The notes under the pieces are model-generated. The model had not been told where the DNA came from and made no database searches. It worked only from the letters and a program-made list of their open reading frames with translations. This document shows positions 1 through 8,407 of a stretch of 46,048 bases of DNA, piece after piece. The stretch is from an uncultured Oligoflexia bacterium (GTDB taxonomy: Bacteria; Bdellovibrionota_B; Oligoflexia; Silvanigrellales; Silvanigrellaceae). Each line of letters begins with the position of its first letter. Position 1 is the stretch's first letter. A program made the position numbers and the translations under genes. The stretch covers positions 1-46,048 of the forward strand of contig CAYWSV010000003.1 in the NCBI GenBank assembly GCA_964460155.1, read 5' to 3'.

Positions 1-471
1 GAAGAGCGAGAAAAACTTCCCAAGTTTTATTTGGCTGATTCCGACACCAATGACATCATTCGCGAGAATTGGGATGACAAATACATCACAATGCTGCGCT
101 CTGCAGCGGAGGATTCGCGCGCACTTGTCATTTTTGTTCACCCTGCAATTAAGAGAAAGCTCTGTCAGACACCTGCGAACAGAAAACCATGGTTGGCCAA
201 GATCCAACCGTGGTGGGGCCACGATGAACACTTTCACGTGCGCTTGAAGTGTCCTGCAGATGGAAGCAGTCCTAACTGCAAACCAAAGCCAGAATTCACC
301 GAAATCGGCTGTGACACGCCTGAGCTTGCGTGGTGGTTCTCGGACGAATGGCGACAGATGTATGAAGCCCGAAAAAAATGGCAAAAAGATAATCCCAATC
401 CGACCCCCGAGCCACTTCCCACTCTGCCCTCTCAATGCCAATCGCTCCTCAAAGACAATGGATCTCGTTGA
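1..471 (+). CDS. mepA: Penicillin-insensitive murein endopeptidase MepA (peptidase M74), C-terminal part. The 5' end lies outside the window.
   Basis: The frame is open from the window edge. The motif QPWWGHDEHFHVRLKCP matches the MepA zinc-site signature. Confidence 0.8.
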   Translation, partial: EEREKLPKFYLADSDTNDIIRENWDDKYITMLRSAAEDSRALVIFVHPAIKRKLCQTPANRKPWLAKIQPWWGHDEHFHVRLKCPADGSSPNCKPKPEFTEIGCDTPELAWWFSDEWRQMYEARKKWQKDNPNPTPEPLPTLPSQCQSLLKDNGSR

Positions 472-1480
472 ACGAGAACTCAGCTGGGTTCTAAAGTCTC
501 CTGCGTTCTTTTCCGCCGAGGCTGCGGCTGAGGCTCGATCTCAGCTGAGCCGTGATTTTGTTGTTGCGTTGCCCGGATCGGTTATTTATCCGGATATTTA
601 TGATCCCCTAAGTTCAGCTGAGTCTTGTTCTTATCTATCTGAATCCTCGTTGTGGCAGGTTTGTGTGAACGAGCTGCATCAGGAATTGCCGTTGCTGACA
701 TCGGGGCGCTTAGGTCTTCGCTTTGAACAGTATCTGCTCTCCATATTGCGCGCGCAATTTGGTTCTTCAAATGTTCGTCATCGATGGGCTGTCCGGGAAA
801 CTCTTCCCAACCACTCCGTGAAGACTTGGGGTGAGTACGATTTTCTGATTTTCAATGCGTCCATGAACCGGGTTGAGCATTGGGAATCATCAGTCAAGTT
901 TTACCTTCAAATTCAAGATAACTCTGATTGGAAATGGTGTTGGGGGCCAGGAGTTGTCGATAGGCTTGACCTTAAAGGGCCCAAGACATTTCTCCAGCAG
1001 CTTGCGCTGTCTTCAACGGAATTGGGTCACGCATCGATCCCGGCAGAATGGAGGTCGGTGCCGCTCGTCAAACGTGTCTTTGCGAAAGGAACAATTTTTT
1101 ACCGATGGTTACCCAGAGAAGAAACTTTTGAAGAACGCCTGCGCACAATTGTTCTCCCGCGTGCATTGGCGGATGATCATCTGAAATCTTGGTGGATCGA
1201 TCCTCAGGATTTAGCTGCGCTGCGGGTTCATTATCCACGAACTCGGATTGCTTTAATCCCCCGAAAATTTTGGATGACTGGAGTCGATGTGGATACCTGT
1301 GGTCCTGACTCGTTTGAGTCGTGGGAAGAGTTCTCGTCGAAATTGGACGTGCGATTAAAGGCCGCCGCTGAGCGAAAAGAATGTTTGTACATCGGATTGT
1401 ATTCAGATGAACCAAATCATCGCCTCGTGACGGCAGGCTTCGTTTCAGCGCCTCATTTTACCGAGGCTATAAGCGGCTAA
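458..1480 (+). CDS. DUF1853-like protein with a putative PD-(D/E)xK fold
   Basis: The ATG at 458 overlaps the mepA stop by 14 nt. The upstream part of ORF 260..1480 lies out of frame inside mepA. The motif WGEYDFLIF...VEHWESSVKFYLQ resembles the D...E-x-K core recalled for DUF1853. Confidence 0.5.
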   Translation: MDLVERELSWVLKSPAFFSAEAAAEARSQLSRDFVVALPGSVIYPDIYDPLSSAESCSYLSESSLWQVCVNELHQELPLLTSGRLGLRFEQYLLSILRAQFGSSNVRHRWAVRETLPNHSVKTWGEYDFLIFNASMNRVEHWESSVKFYLQIQDNSDWKWCWGPGVVDRLDLKGPKTFLQQLALSSTELGHASIPAEWRSVPLVKRVFAKGTIFYRWLPREETFEERLRTIVLPRALADDHLKSWWIDPQDLAALRVHYPRTRIALIPRKFWMTGVDVDTCGPDSFESWEEFSSKLDVRLKAAAERKECLYIGLYSDEPNHRLVTAGFVSAPHFTEAISG

Positions 1481-1633
1481 TTTGGTCTTAAACAATAATG
1501 AAGTGAGAAGAAAAGCTCCTCGACGTGATTTCTCTAATGACCCGTAATCAAAGATATTAACAAACAATCATTCAGAAATTCATGGGCGTATTCGATATCT
1601 CCTATGGCGATACCCATCCACGGGAGTTTATCT

Positions 1634-3781
1634 ATGAAGAAGACTCAATTCATTCGGCCATTATTTCTTTTGGCGGTCATTGGTTGCGGAATGGATGAGA
1701 ATCGCAATTCGAAGCAGGTAACGCTCGAGAACATGAGTTCCAGATCAGCCAACGAGCCTGAGTCTCTGGGTGTGGATGGAAAATTCGCGTCCGTCGCGTT
1801 GCGCGTTTCGCCGATGACACCGCAGGAACTTCAATCGAAGGAAATCGACTCGTACATCCGGTTTAAGCAGGCCAATGGAGTTGAGTGCTCGGGTGTTGTT
1901 TCGTACGAACCAACAAGCAATGGGTCGGGGATGGTTGATGTGTTTCTCTATACCGCCCTGCACTGCTTACAAGAAACAAATGCCCTTGGAGTCTTGAAAA
2001 ACTCTTCCCCCAAGATTTCAGAATCTTTCGTGTACAGAATGGGTGGATTGGGTAATGGTTCGGTGACGCTGACTACACCTAACAAAACGGTGCTCGTTGA
2101 TGATGCTCGAGTGATTCATGTGCTGCACAACGGTCAGGACAAGGCCGATGTTGCGCGCATTTGGCAGTTCCGAGCACCGCTTGCCGAGGTCTCGGCAAAG
2201 CTCATTCCCGTTTGCACAAACCGACTCTCGGATTCCAAGTCAGAAGAAGTTGCTGCTCTGGGATTTTATATTGAAAAAGGGAACCAGTTTGAATTAATAC
2301 CTTCGCCCTCTTCATGGCACAAAATTGCAGATGAATTTCAACACAAATTAATTTCGTCCGTCATTGCGGAAGTCAATCCAAAAACAGAAATGCTCAATTC
2401 AAGGCTAAAGCAGTTTTTTGGAGCAGGAACAAAAGTTGGTGTTTCACCGTATTTGTTAAAGTTGGGTGCAACTTCCTCGCAACCCGGTGAATCCGGTTCA
2501 CCTGTGTATTCGGTTTCAACAGTCCTCCAGAATTCACTTCAGTTTTCGTCTTCCATATTGAAAACTGATGGAATAAATCAGGAAAAATTTAAGAGGGTAG
2601 GCACATACAATTGCCTCACTGGAATTTTGGCGCGCGAGCTTGCTCAACGGGCTCAGAATGCACCAGCAGGTGCTCCGGCTCTCGTCTATGATACGTACTT
2701 TAGCCCGTTCCGTGATGCATCCGACCGTCGCTGGGTGAGTTTTGATGGTACCAAAGATCTCACACAAACATTCGCACCCCCTGCAGATTTACTTGCATCT
2801 CGAACTTTCAACACTCTTGCGAAGGTTCATATTTCTCGCAATCCTTTAGGCATAACAGAAGATTTCGATGTGTTGGTCGGGAGCAAGCTCGCTGCCTCGA
2901 TGTCTAACTCAGGCATTCTCACAACCGCTAGTCAGGTCATCCCCAGTTCTATTGCAGCTCCCAAGCCAACCATCGAAACCAAAACAATCAATAGCAACCA
3001 AAACAATGTGAATGTTGAAACACTGTTTGGTTCTTCGGTTTACAAATCCAACTCTGCAAAAGTGGTCGTCATCAATAGTTCTGTTGTCATATCTTCGACC
3101 TCCAGCAAGAGCCCTGCACTGTTGATTCCTTCTGGAGCGGGAGGCTCAATCACGATAAAAAATAGCGGAAAAATAATTGGTAAAGGCGGTAGTGCCGGAA
3201 CTGACGGCGGTGATGCGCTGCATGTTCGCAGTCCAGCAATCGTCGAAAATACGGGAACGATTGCAGGTGGTGGCGGCGGCGGTGGCAACGGTGGAAATGG
3301 CGGACGTGGTGGTAATGGCGGTCTAAGTGGATTCACCGGTTCAGCTGGAGTGGGTGGTGCTGGTGGTGCCGGTGGAACTGGCGGCGCAGGTGAGGATACC
3401 CAGCCAGCGCTATCGGGTGAAAAAGGTAAGACTGGTGCGCAGGGAACTCTGCTCGGCGGAACACGTGGCGGCACTGGAGGCACTGGTGGTCAGGGTGGTG
3501 CAGGCGGAAAACTCGGTATGAATGGCTCTGCGGGTCAATCGGGTGGTGTTGGAGGAAAGGGTGCGGATGGCACTCGAACAAAAGGAAGCGCTGGATCAGC
3601 TGGAAGTTCAGCCGGTGCTGGAGGACTGGCTGGATTTGCCATTCAGGGAACAAAGCTCACCAGCGGACGTTTGAAAGTTGGATCGCTGTGTCAAACCGTT
3701 GTGTCACAAATGGGCACACTTTTGGGTCGTCAGGGTGATACAGTCAACGCGACAGATTTTAGTAATTCAAAATGTCAGTAA
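1634..3781 (+). CDS. Lipoprotein with an N-terminal trypsin-like serine protease domain and a C-terminal polyglycine-rich region
   Basis: MKKTQFIRPLFLLAVIGCG is a lipobox signal, preceded by a GGGAG RBS. TALHC supplies the His motif and GESGSPV the Ser motif, typical of S1/trypsin-like peptidases. Residues about 510-680 of the ORF are GGxGG-type repeats, including GGGGGGGNGGNGGRGGNGG. Confidence 0.7.
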   Translation: MKKTQFIRPLFLLAVIGCGMDENRNSKQVTLENMSSRSANEPESLGVDGKFASVALRVSPMTPQELQSKEIDSYIRFKQANGVECSGVVSYEPTSNGSGMVDVFLYTALHCLQETNALGVLKNSSPKISESFVYRMGGLGNGSVTLTTPNKTVLVDDARVIHVLHNGQDKADVARIWQFRAPLAEVSAKLIPVCTNRLSDSKSEEVAALGFYIEKGNQFELIPSPSSWHKIADEFQHKLISSVIAEVNPKTEMLNSRLKQFFGAGTKVGVSPYLLKLGATSSQPGESGSPVYSVSTVLQNSLQFSSSILKTDGINQEKFKRVGTYNCLTGILARELAQRAQNAPAGAPALVYDTYFSPFRDASDRRWVSFDGTKDLTQTFAPPADLLASRTFNTLAKVHISRNPLGITEDFDVLVGSKLAASMSNSGILTTASQVIPSSIAAPKPTIETKTINSNQNNVNVETLFGSSVYKSNSAKVVVINSSVVISSTSSKSPALLIPSGAGGSITIKNSGKIIGKGGSAGTDGGDALHVRSPAIVENTGTIAGGGGGGGNGGNGGRGGNGGLSGFTGSAGVGGAGGAGGTGGAGEDTQPALSGEKGKTGAQGTLLGGTRGGTGGTGGQGGAGGKLGMNGSAGQSGGVGGKGADGTRTKGSAGSAGSSAGAGGLAGFAIQGTKLTSGRLKVGSLCQTVVSQMGTLLGRQGDTVNATDFSNSKCQ

Positions 3782-3846
3782 AGACCGGTTCAATATCGGT
3801 GCGCTGTCCAATGGAGAATCGTGAGGGTATCGAAAGGGGCAGGAAG

Positions 3847-4419
3847 ATGAATTTCAAATTGGTGTCATACATATCGATGTTCATCGCGGGGATTTGCAGC
3901 TCTTTTCCGGCTCAAATACGAGCAGGTTCGGTCAATGGAGTGAGTGGTGTAACTTCGGTGAGCTGTGAAGATCGGCGTACGCATGTCGATATGTCTTGGT
4001 GCACAGACGCCGCTGCCACTCAGCTCTATGAAAAATGTTTGGTGATGATTCATAAAGATGTTGAGAACGTGAGCAAATGCGACTGGCAGGGATGTGGTCC
4101 AATTTCTTTAGTTGGTGAAAAGGCAAAAATCGATGGCGATAATGTTGTCGAGTATGGGATTAAAACTCCTTTTGCCGGAGCCTCGAATCCACCAGCAAAT
4201 TGGAATTTAAACCCTGCAACCAAAGAGGTCCTTCCGAAATTCCCCTACAACCGTCAATATATGACAATTCCAGAGTTTGTTGCGAAACAGGGTGAGTGTA
4301 AACGTGGCACAAATGGTGATCCTGTGCTTGAAAGAATCTGTCCGATAGATTCGAAGGCATATGATATGAACGTTTATTTTTACTGCATGAAGAATAAGGG
4401 AAAGCTGCCCTCACTCTAG
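3847..4419 (+). CDS. Hypothetical secreted cysteine-containing protein
   Basis: The ATG at 3847 follows an AGGAAG RBS. The N-terminal signal peptide is MNFKLVSYISMFIAGICSSFPAQIRA. The mature part has about 9 Cys and no family I recognise. Confidence 0.55.
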   Translation: MNFKLVSYISMFIAGICSSFPAQIRAGSVNGVSGVTSVSCEDRRTHVDMSWCTDAAATQLYEKCLVMIHKDVENVSKCDWQGCGPISLVGEKAKIDGDNVVEYGIKTPFAGASNPPANWNLNPATKEVLPKFPYNRQYMTIPEFVAKQGECKRGTNGDPVLERICPIDSKAYDMNVYFYCMKNKGKLPSL

Positions 4420-4518
4420 TAAAAATACAAATAAAATCAGAAATATATAAAATCATCAATCTTTTTGTCTCAATATATCAGTTCGAATTGCCGATCCTTA
4501 CCCAATGAGGACCGAGCA

Positions 4519-5454
4519 ATGAATTTTTCCGTTTTCATATCTTTGTCTGGAATCTTTGTTGCAGTTGCTGCCTGCACAGGGCCGGCTCCGACGATTATCA
4601 TCAGGAAAACCCCAACCGAAGCTCAGGTTGGAAGTGTGTCTTCCGGCAAAAATCAGAAATCGGATTCAGAGGCAACGGCTGACGTCGGCTCAAAGAGCGT
4701 CGATGGCGATGGCGAGAATAATGGCGGAAACAACAACGCCGAAAATAATGGTGGAAATAATAACGGCGAGAACAATGGTGGTAACAATGTCGCCGAAAAC
4801 AACGGCGAGAACAATGGTGGCAACAAAGTTACAGTTTTGCCACCCGTCGGTAATCAGGATCCATTGGCATGGCTGCCCGTGGGTGACTTTCCGTTGTCGT
4901 CTGCCCAGATGAAGGGAGTCAACGAATGTGCCAACGCCACAAATATTATCCGCTCGGCATGCCAATCGAAGAACAGTCTGTGTCGTTCCTCATTTGCTGT
5001 GACTTGCGATTCTTCAACAGACTGCCGCAGGCTTTTTAAATGCACAACCGGACAAACGGGTGCATTGATATGGTTCCCCATGGGCAACGACGTTAAAAAA
5101 TCAGCTCAGGTATCGAACATATGTCCAATCAATTCGAACATCGCGGGCGCGGCGTGCCAAACAGTCAATGACCGTTGTTTGTCGAGCTTCTGCACGAGTG
5201 GATCTGGCGATGATTGTGGACGACGTCTGTTCAAGTGCATGACCTCCGGCGAACCTGGGAGGTTGTTTTGGCGTTGGGTGGAGGACAAGTCATCCGCTGA
5301 GCTCGCAGCGGCTGGTATTGCCACCTGCCAATTGGACAAAAATGTCGCTGGGGCTTCGTGCTCGGGTATGAATTCACTGTGTCAGTCGTCCTTTTGCGCG
5401 CAGGGAGAGGCTCCCAATTGCACGAAACGCCGATTGTTCAAGTGTACTCCGTAA
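4519..5454 (+). CDS. Hypothetical lipoprotein with an Asn/Gly tandem repeat followed by three six-cysteine modules
   Basis: MNFSVFISLSGIFVAVAACTG is a lipobox signal. The ENNGGNN repeat is followed by three modules that each end in RRLFKC(T/M). Confidence 0.65.
   Translation: MNFSVFISLSGIFVAVAACTGPAPTIIIRKTPTEAQVGSVSSGKNQKSDSEATADVGSKSVDGDGENNGGNNNAENNGGNNNGENNGGNNVAENNGENNGGNKVTVLPPVGNQDPLAWLPVGDFPLSSAQMKGVNECANATNIIRSACQSKNSLCRSSFAVTCDSSTDCRRLFKCTTGQTGALIWFPMGNDVKKSAQVSNICPINSNIAGAACQTVNDRCLSSFCTSGSGDDCGRRLFKCMTSGEPGRLFWRWVEDKSSAELAAAGIATCQLDKNVAGASCSGMNSLCQSSFCAQGEAPNCTKRRLFKCTP
4714..4827 (+). repeat. In-frame tandem repeat with a 27-nt unit, encoding ENNGGNN(N/V)(A/G) about 4 times
   Basis: Read directly from the sequence: gagaataatggcggaaacaacaacgcc / gaaaataatggtggaaataataacggc / gagaacaatggtggtaacaatgtcgcc / partial units. 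Confidence 0.8.
4927..5445 (+). repeat. Three tandem modules of about 55-60 aa, each with six Cys (protein-level repeat)
   Basis: The three modules are CANATNIIRSACQSKNSLCRSSFAVTCDSSTDCRRLFKCT, CPINSNIAGAACQTVNDRCLSSFCTSGSGDDCGRRLFKCM and CQLDKNVAGASCSGMNSLCQSSFCAQGEAPNCTKRRLFKCT. Confidence 0.75.
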
Positions 5455-5544
5455 GTTCTTCACTCAGACATATTTCAAACGTCTTGAATCTTTTTTATGC
5501 TCACCTTAACCTGTTCACGTAGAAATATTTGAACGGGTTTTTAT

Positions 5545-7134
5545 ATGCTTGCAAACGAATTGTCTGCGTCTGCCTACGAGTGGCTTTCGCGCGTGACTTA
5601 TGGCGTCAATGACGAGCTCACCGCGCGTTTCACAAAACTTGGGCCTGATGATTTTAAGCGTTGGCAGGCCTACGTGCAGGACCAACTCAATCAAACTTCA
5701 TTTCTTGATTCGGCGGTCGAAAGTCGAATAGAAAAAATGTCTCTCAAAACCCTCGGACAAAATCTACCACAGCTTTGGACCAATCATTTTTTGGCGAGTC
5801 GAAAAATGAGTCGCATGACCGCTCGTGATTCATCAATGCCGCTCACCTCCGACGAAGAGAAAAAAAGTAGGCGCGCACGACGCGAGGTTGCTCTCGAGCC
5901 CGTTTATGATCTCGAGGCCGCAAGCTGGATTCGGATTGTCTATAGCCCCTTCCAAATCTTCGAAAGGATGGTTGAGTTTTGGCATGATCATTTCAATATT
6001 CATGCGTATGAGGGACGTGTTGCTCCTGCATTTCTTATTCTGAACAGAGACGTTATCCGCACACATGCCCTTGGGAATTTTCGTCAGCTTCTTGGTGGAG
6101 TCTGCAAAAATCCGGCGATGTTGGTTTATTTGGACAATGCGTTCAACCAAAGCGGAAATCCGAATGAAAACTTCGCCCGTGAGCTTTTTGAGCTTCATAC
6201 ACTGGGTGCAGAGAATTATCTCGGAACATTGGATCGAGACAAAGTAAGACGCGATAAAAACAACGTGCCCGAAGGCTACGTTGATGGAGATGTTTATGAG
6301 GCTGCACGTGCATTCACGGGCTGGCGCGTTGAAGATGGAACTTATGGACTATCTGCAAACACTGGGCAATTTATATACTCTGAGATGTGGCATGATCGTT
6401 TTCAAAAGGTCATTCTTGGTAGGAAGTTTTCTGAACATCAACCTCCTTTGAAGGATGGCGAGGATGTTCTGGATTTATTGTGCTCCCATCAGGGAACCGC
6501 GCGTTATATTGTTCGTAAGATGTGTCGAAGGTTTATTTCTGACACGCCCCCAGAAAGCCTTATTCAATCAATCTCGGTGTCTTTTCTGAAGCGGAAGGAT
6601 TCTCCAACACAGATTCGCGATACACTTTCGGACATTCTTAATTCTCAGGAATTTATCTCAAACAAGAGCAGGAAATTTAAACGTCCCGTGGATTATTTCG
6701 CAAGCTTGCTGCGCTCTTCTGCGTCGACATTCGAGACAACAGACAAGTTTGTGAATAGCGTCAATCGGTGTGGACATCGTCTCTTTGGCTGGAAAACACC
6801 CGATGGTCCGCCCGATGAGGCAACGCCTTGGCAATCGCCCCAGAGTCTAATTGAGCGCTGGAAAGTCGCTCAACAGATTCTGTCATCGCAAATTATTGGC
6901 TGTGAAGTCGAACTCAGAGCGTCGAAAGACCCAGTCACACCCGAAGGGCTCGCATCTGAGGTTGGTCGTCGGCTTCTTGGTCCTCGCATGAGTGAGGTCC
7001 TCCGTGCACAACTTGTTCAACGAGCTGCAGGCGGACGACGTGTTGATATGGATTTACCCGAGCAGCTACTGCCTGCCCGTGCCGTTCAAATCGCAGAGCT
7101 TGTTGTCATGAGCCCAGAGTTTCAGTTGAGGTAA
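5545..7134 (+). CDS. DUF1800 domain-containing protein
   Basis: The FWHDHFN and ELHTLG motifs are typical of DUF1800. The gene is immediately followed by its usual DUF1501 partner. Confidence 0.75.
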   Translation: MLANELSASAYEWLSRVTYGVNDELTARFTKLGPDDFKRWQAYVQDQLNQTSFLDSAVESRIEKMSLKTLGQNLPQLWTNHFLASRKMSRMTARDSSMPLTSDEEKKSRRARREVALEPVYDLEAASWIRIVYSPFQIFERMVEFWHDHFNIHAYEGRVAPAFLILNRDVIRTHALGNFRQLLGGVCKNPAMLVYLDNAFNQSGNPNENFARELFELHTLGAENYLGTLDRDKVRRDKNNVPEGYVDGDVYEAARAFTGWRVEDGTYGLSANTGQFIYSEMWHDRFQKVILGRKFSEHQPPLKDGEDVLDLLCSHQGTARYIVRKMCRRFISDTPPESLIQSISVSFLKRKDSPTQIRDTLSDILNSQEFISNKSRKFKRPVDYFASLLRSSASTFETTDKFVNSVNRCGHRLFGWKTPDGPPDEATPWQSPQSLIERWKVAQQILSSQIIGCEVELRASKDPVTPEGLASEVGRRLLGPRMSEVLRAQLVQRAAGGRRVDMDLPEQLLPARAVQIAELVVMSPEFQLR

Positions 7135-7142
7135 CTCGATCT

Positions 7143-8399
7143 ATGTCACTGAGCTTGAAACGAAGAGAATTTCTACTTGGTCTGGCTGGTGGTGTGACTT
7201 CAGTTGTGCTGCTGAAATCCCTCGAAGAAACTGGGGTTTTGAACTCCGCTGCACGAGCTGATTTGGTCGAAAGAAGCCGCAACGTTCTTTTGGTCGTGTT
7301 CCTGCGCGGGGGGTTCGACGGACTGAGTTTAGTGTGCCCAGTTCAAGGGCAAGATCGACGTGATTATGAATCAGCTCGACCTACCCTTGCGCTGCCGTTG
7401 ACTGGCGAGGGTGCCGCTTTAAAACTCGACGAGCAATTCGCTCTGAATTCTGCAGCGAAACCTCTTCATGGATTGTTTCTTGAAAAGAGACTTGCATTCA
7501 TTCAGTCCTGCGGTTTGCCCATCCCATCTCGCAGTCATTTTGCTGCTCAAGCTCTTATGGAATTGGGTGTGAGTCGAACAGGGGCTGACAACCGTGGTTG
7601 GTTGACTCGATTTATGGCTCAGCATCCATCCAAGGCTGCTGTCATCGGTCCGCTACGTCCTACGTCCTTGCAAGGTGCAGACAACATTATGGCCTACAAT
7701 CGGCTCAGAGGGCTTGGGCTTGAAGGCACTCCGCAGCAACAAATTCAACTGCGAAGCGCGTTACGGAGCTTGTATGCTCAGCAGGGTCAAGCTGGGGGAT
7801 ATGGACTGACCGCGCTCAACATGCTCGATGAATTGGAAGACATCTCATTAAAAATGGGGACAAAAGATAAAACTGAACTTCCATCGGGCGAAATAGCTCA
7901 GAAATTTGCAATTGCGTCACAGCTTTTGCAGCGAGACTCCAAGTTACAAATTATGACACTTGATATTGGTGGATGGGATACCCACAGACAGCAAGGCAGT
8001 AACGACGATGGTTACTTTGCCAAACAGCTTGCGAATCTTTCACGTGCGCTTGTCGATTTCCAACAGCACAGTTTGACGAGCAGTAATGCATGGGTGACGA
8101 CTGTGGTGATGAGCGAATTTGGTCGGCGAGTCAAAGAAAACAGCAATCGAGGAACAGATCACGGCCACGGCAATATTATGATGGTTGCTGGGCCACGCGT
8201 GCGCGGTGGACAACTTTTGGGTCAGTGGTCTGGACTTTCGAACGAGAAACTTTTTGAGCGCGCCGACCTCGCTGTGACAACTGATGTTCGTGTTGTGTTG
8301 CATAAGTGTATTCAGGCTCTGGCCCCACAGGTCAATTTGAAGTCTGTTTTTCCTGATGCTGAATTAGGAACATCAGCTCTGTCGGATCTTCTGATTTAA
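7143..8399 (+). CDS. DUF1501 domain-containing protein (sulfatase-like fold) with a Tat signal
   Basis: The N-terminus KRREFLLGLAGG is a twin-arginine signal. The motifs GGWDTH, SEFGRR and TDHGHG match those recalled for DUF1501. Confidence 0.8.
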   Translation: MSLSLKRREFLLGLAGGVTSVVLLKSLEETGVLNSAARADLVERSRNVLLVVFLRGGFDGLSLVCPVQGQDRRDYESARPTLALPLTGEGAALKLDEQFALNSAAKPLHGLFLEKRLAFIQSCGLPIPSRSHFAAQALMELGVSRTGADNRGWLTRFMAQHPSKAAVIGPLRPTSLQGADNIMAYNRLRGLGLEGTPQQQIQLRSALRSLYAQQGQAGGYGLTALNMLDELEDISLKMGTKDKTELPSGEIAQKFAIASQLLQRDSKLQIMTLDIGGWDTHRQQGSNDDGYFAKQLANLSRALVDFQQHSLTSSNAWVTTVVMSEFGRRVKENSNRGTDHGHGNIMMVAGPRVRGGQLLGQWSGLSNEKLFERADLAVTTDVRVVLHKCIQALAPQVNLKSVFPDAELGTSALSDLLI

Positions 8400-8407
8400 G
8401 CTGATTT

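Noticed and set aside
260-457. The N-terminal 66 codons of ORF 260..1480
   Set aside because: This stretch lies entirely inside mepA in another frame. The internal ATG at 458, overlapping the mepA stop, is the more plausible start.
3040-3653. Minus-strand ORFs 3040..3483 (Pro-rich, PPVPPAPP...) and 3333..3653, plus the plus-strand ORF 3327..3521
   Set aside because: They are mirror-image or alternative-frame products of the GGN-repeat coding region of the trypsin/poly-Gly gene. Reverse-complemented GGN codons read as Pro codons. They have no RBS or signal features of their own.
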